Part shown: piece by piece, positions 60,947 to 64,000 of the stretch
Layout of the letters: each line of letters opens with the position of its first letter
Numbering within the stretch: the stretch's first letter is position 1
From: Azolla caroliniana
Taxonomy: Eukaryota > Plantae > Polypodiophyta
Direction: 5' to 3'
DNA: 64,000 nt
Assembly (NCBI GenBank): GCA_043228905.1
Contig: JBHGNT010000018.1
Span: forward strand, 15,314,001-15,378,000
Translations under genes and position numbers: made by a program
The notes under the pieces: generated by a model
Database searches by the model: none
Seen by the model: only the letters and a program-made list of their open reading frames with translations
What the model was told of the DNA's origin: nothing

Positions 60947-61884
60947 TCAGCATAATTTTATCATCCATCCATCCAAACCCCTAATAATCAAACCACCCTC
61001 TGAAAAACCCTAAAAAAATAACCCTAAACCCTGAATTCAAGCTTCAATCTCCTCTTCAAAAATGCCCTCAGGAAGGAGGCCCTCCAAACCAAAAAACCCT
61101 TTAAACCCCCTTCAAATTCTTGAACCTCTATAACCCTAAAACCTACGCTGAATGGACCATTGAGCTATAGCAGCACTATAAAAAAAAAAACGAAGCCTGC
61201 CTTAATAACCCTAAACCTTACCATCATTGCCTGCCTTTAAAAACCCTGAACCATGAATTGGAACTACTTGTGCCTACTACCCACTCTCTTTATGTGTTTT
61301 TTTTGGGTCTTCATTTTATCTATTTCTATTGTTCTGCACATTTGTTTGACCATCCAATTCCAATGGAATGGACCTATTTTATTTAATTAACCTTTAAATT
61401 CATTGTAATTTTTCTTCTTAAAATTCTTCTTACTTAAATTCCAGCACAATATGAAAAGTCTTGCTTTCTTTTCTTTTTTGGGGATTTGATTCAGGTTAAT
61501 AGGTTCTCTAAGTGTGATTTGAAATGATCATAAGAAATGATTGAAATGCTTAAAAAATTGGGTCTAAAAAACCCCTTAGATTTGTGTCCACATTCGAGTA
61601 TCTGTCGTCCGCTTAGTATCAGTGTGAAAGTGTCGAATTTGTGTGCATTTTTTGATCGACGGAAAGTTTGAATCCCTTTATAGCTTGTTTGCATCAAGGT
61701 TTTCTTGTTTTGGTTACTACGAAACTATCATTGGATGCGAAGTTGAAAGCACGACTACTGTTATCTTACGATTCATGTGGTAGAATTTGTTCTATGTTAG
61801 AAGCCATATGATGATGCTTGAACAACAAACCCCCATTTGTCTCAAATGTGGTAACTAGAGAGGGCCTTCGAGTTGTTGTTTTGT

Positions 61885-62337
61885 TCATTGGTACACACAC
61901 TTTGAGCATGCCACATGGCCTAGTATGTCCATTGGGTTCGGGCTCGTCTATGTATATATAGTGTCCCTCACAAGCCAAATGTGCTTGTTGCTTGCCATAT
62001 TGGTCATTGGTGGTACACAACTCCGGTGCATTACATGGCCTAGGGTCTCCATTGGGTTGGGGGTTCTTCAATGTATGGTCTCTTTGGTGGCGTGCCATTC
62101 ATGCTTGTTTGATCATTGGTACACTCCTCTAGGATATTGCGGCACTTGTTGGACAATTGGTACACGCTAGGATATTGCAGGGCCTCCATTGGGTTTGGAC
62201 TCTTCTATGTATAGTCTCTCTCTCTCTCTCTCCTCGATGCCATATGTGCTTGTTTCTCATTGGTGGTACACACCTCTAGTGTGTTGCATGGCCTAGGATC
62301 TCCATTGGGAAGGGTTCTTCTATGTATAATCTCTCTC
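61885..62337. repeat. Four degenerate ~110-140-bp tandem units
   Basis: Recurrent TCATTGGT(GGT)ACAC...ATGGCCTAG..TCCATTGGG...CTATGTAT. Confidence 0.7.
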
Positions 62338-63044
62338 GTATGCAATCAGTTTTGGAGCTCTAGGAAACTATTCTAGATTGATGCGTTCTCTGTTGGGATG
62401 CATGAACACTATCGTGTGTGCTTTTCGACCACAACTTCGAATTGAAATTGTGCAAATTTTCGATCCATATCAACCATGTTAACATATTCGTGTCAAGTGG
62501 GATCAATGGGCATTAATTGTGATGTTGCGCGCTTGTTCCAGTCTGGATTTAAGAATATTTCGGTGCATTGAGTCGACGATGGATGGATGGATGGTTGGTT
62601 GGTGCTTTTTGCATTGGCTAGGCCCGGTAATACATGGGTATGAGAAGAGAATAGTGAAAATGTGGGAAAGTGCTATTATTTTGTGATGTCTTTTGATGTT
62701 TTAAGGCCAATGCTACAACCACACATCATATCAACAAACTCATTAAGGTCACAAGCCTAACTAATGTATTCAATTCAAAATAGTCGTTCTATTGTCCTTA
62801 AGACACAATATTGTCCCCTCTTGAATGATGTCCCACCCAACGAGTCTCTCTACGTTTTGCTTCCTCACCTCATAAAATCTTTCATACATGTCCAAGACAT
62901 GGTTGTTTCACATTCCCCCAAAATATTCCTTAATGTGGGTCATCATACACTAGGGCCTTGGGATGGTATCGAAGCTAAATAAGAGTGAAGGTTAAATAGG
63001 TATCTTTTAATGTTCACAAGAGACTAATTACGATCTATGAGACG

Positions 63045-63127
63045 GGGCCTCACCCATGGCAAGGATTGAACCTAGTTTCCCTCAATTTTATGACTTTGAT
63101 GCTACATAGTTGTTAGACCACCAAGTC
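63045..63127 (-). mobile_element. Possible tRNA-derived SINE head remnant
   Basis: B-box GGTTCAATCC with an upstream A-box-like TGGTGGTCTAA on the minus strand. Confidence 0.3.
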
Positions 63128-64000
63128 AATAAAAGGGAGAAACAGTAGATTTTATTCAATAGAATCACATCAAAGCACTTTAAATTCACCCAAAACCTGT
63201 TGCCCCTTTTGTACAAGAATATTATAGTACAAGAAAATAAGACCCTCATACACGTGTTAATTTTCAACCGTCAATTGTGTTTGATAAAGGCATGTTCCTA
63301 GTTCTCACAACAAATACACATTCAGGCTTCACAAGATATACAAGTTGTGGAGAAAAAAAGAGTGAATCAGCTCTACATGAAGTGAATGACAACAGGCGGG
63401 AGACTTCAAGCGAGACCCCAAATGAACGAGTTACCTTCAAGCAAGAAAATAAAGATATCCAAACCCAAACAAAGAGACTTTGCTTGAGCTAGACCTTAAA
63501 GGTGACAATCTCGATTGCGACGCAACATAAAGCAAGTTGGCACCACTTTGACCAACACAACTTAGTGCGAACACTTTGTATTGGCTTTTTTTTCTTACCG
63601 ATACATAGGTAACTAAAGGATATCATATTTACATAACTCAAATTCATTGAATCCTTTTACATACATACTTCCACTTTACGTAGGTCGGGCATTCAATGTT
63701 GTCATTTTCAAGTTTTTAATTCAACCACCATATCAAACTCTTGTGTTGGCTCTTTACTATATATATATAGGTGCCTAGATTTATTTCACAAAATAAATTG
63801 AAGTAAAAAGTAAATGCCCAGTTATTATCATAACGTAGGTTTAGTTTTTGCACATTTCCCTCTTGAGAATGTCACCGGTTTAAAAGCTTTTGGTTAATGT
63901 ATATAGGCCAACCAATATACCTATTAAAAGCTTTGGGTTTCTCGGTTTTGAGGGACCAATGGCAGTAGGGTCACTTTGCTGTTTTTCCATTTGATAAAAT

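Overview
Eukaryotic land-plant DNA; the Tcn1-like chromovirus, the tRNA-Trp-primed Gypsy family and the divergent Copia families suggest a non-seed plant such as a fern or lycophyte (inference only). Positions 1-~51.8 kb are a dense pile of nested, mostly decayed LTR retrotransposons, whose boundaries I resolved from LTR termini, PBS, PPT and TSDs. It holds two related minus-strand Ty3/Gypsy elements (G1, G2), a Tnt1/Tork-like Copia inside G1, a rearranged three-LTR chromovirus inside G2, several copies of two further Copia families (B, C), a non-coding chromovirus-type element (F) and solo LTRs. Positions ~52-59 kb are AT-rich intergenic DNA. The only host gene is an intronless FIDDLEHEAD/KCS10-like 3-ketoacyl-CoA synthase (59366-60946). 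Most notable: (1) a -1 frameshift cassette (GGAUUUU, 6-nt spacer, covarying H-type pseudoknot) conserved in both Gypsy elements between protease and RT; (2) Tf1-type self-priming complementarity in two different elements; (3) an RT-less, internally inverted, three-LTR chromovirus inside one TSD, whose LTRs carry heat-shock-element arrays and tRNA-spaced Pol III A/B boxes; (4) a Copia family with a duplicated PPT and an in-frame tail after RNase H bearing a conserved TWSDVVxG motif; (5) a His-to-Tyr change at the KCS catalytic histidine. All calls were made by eye with no database searches.
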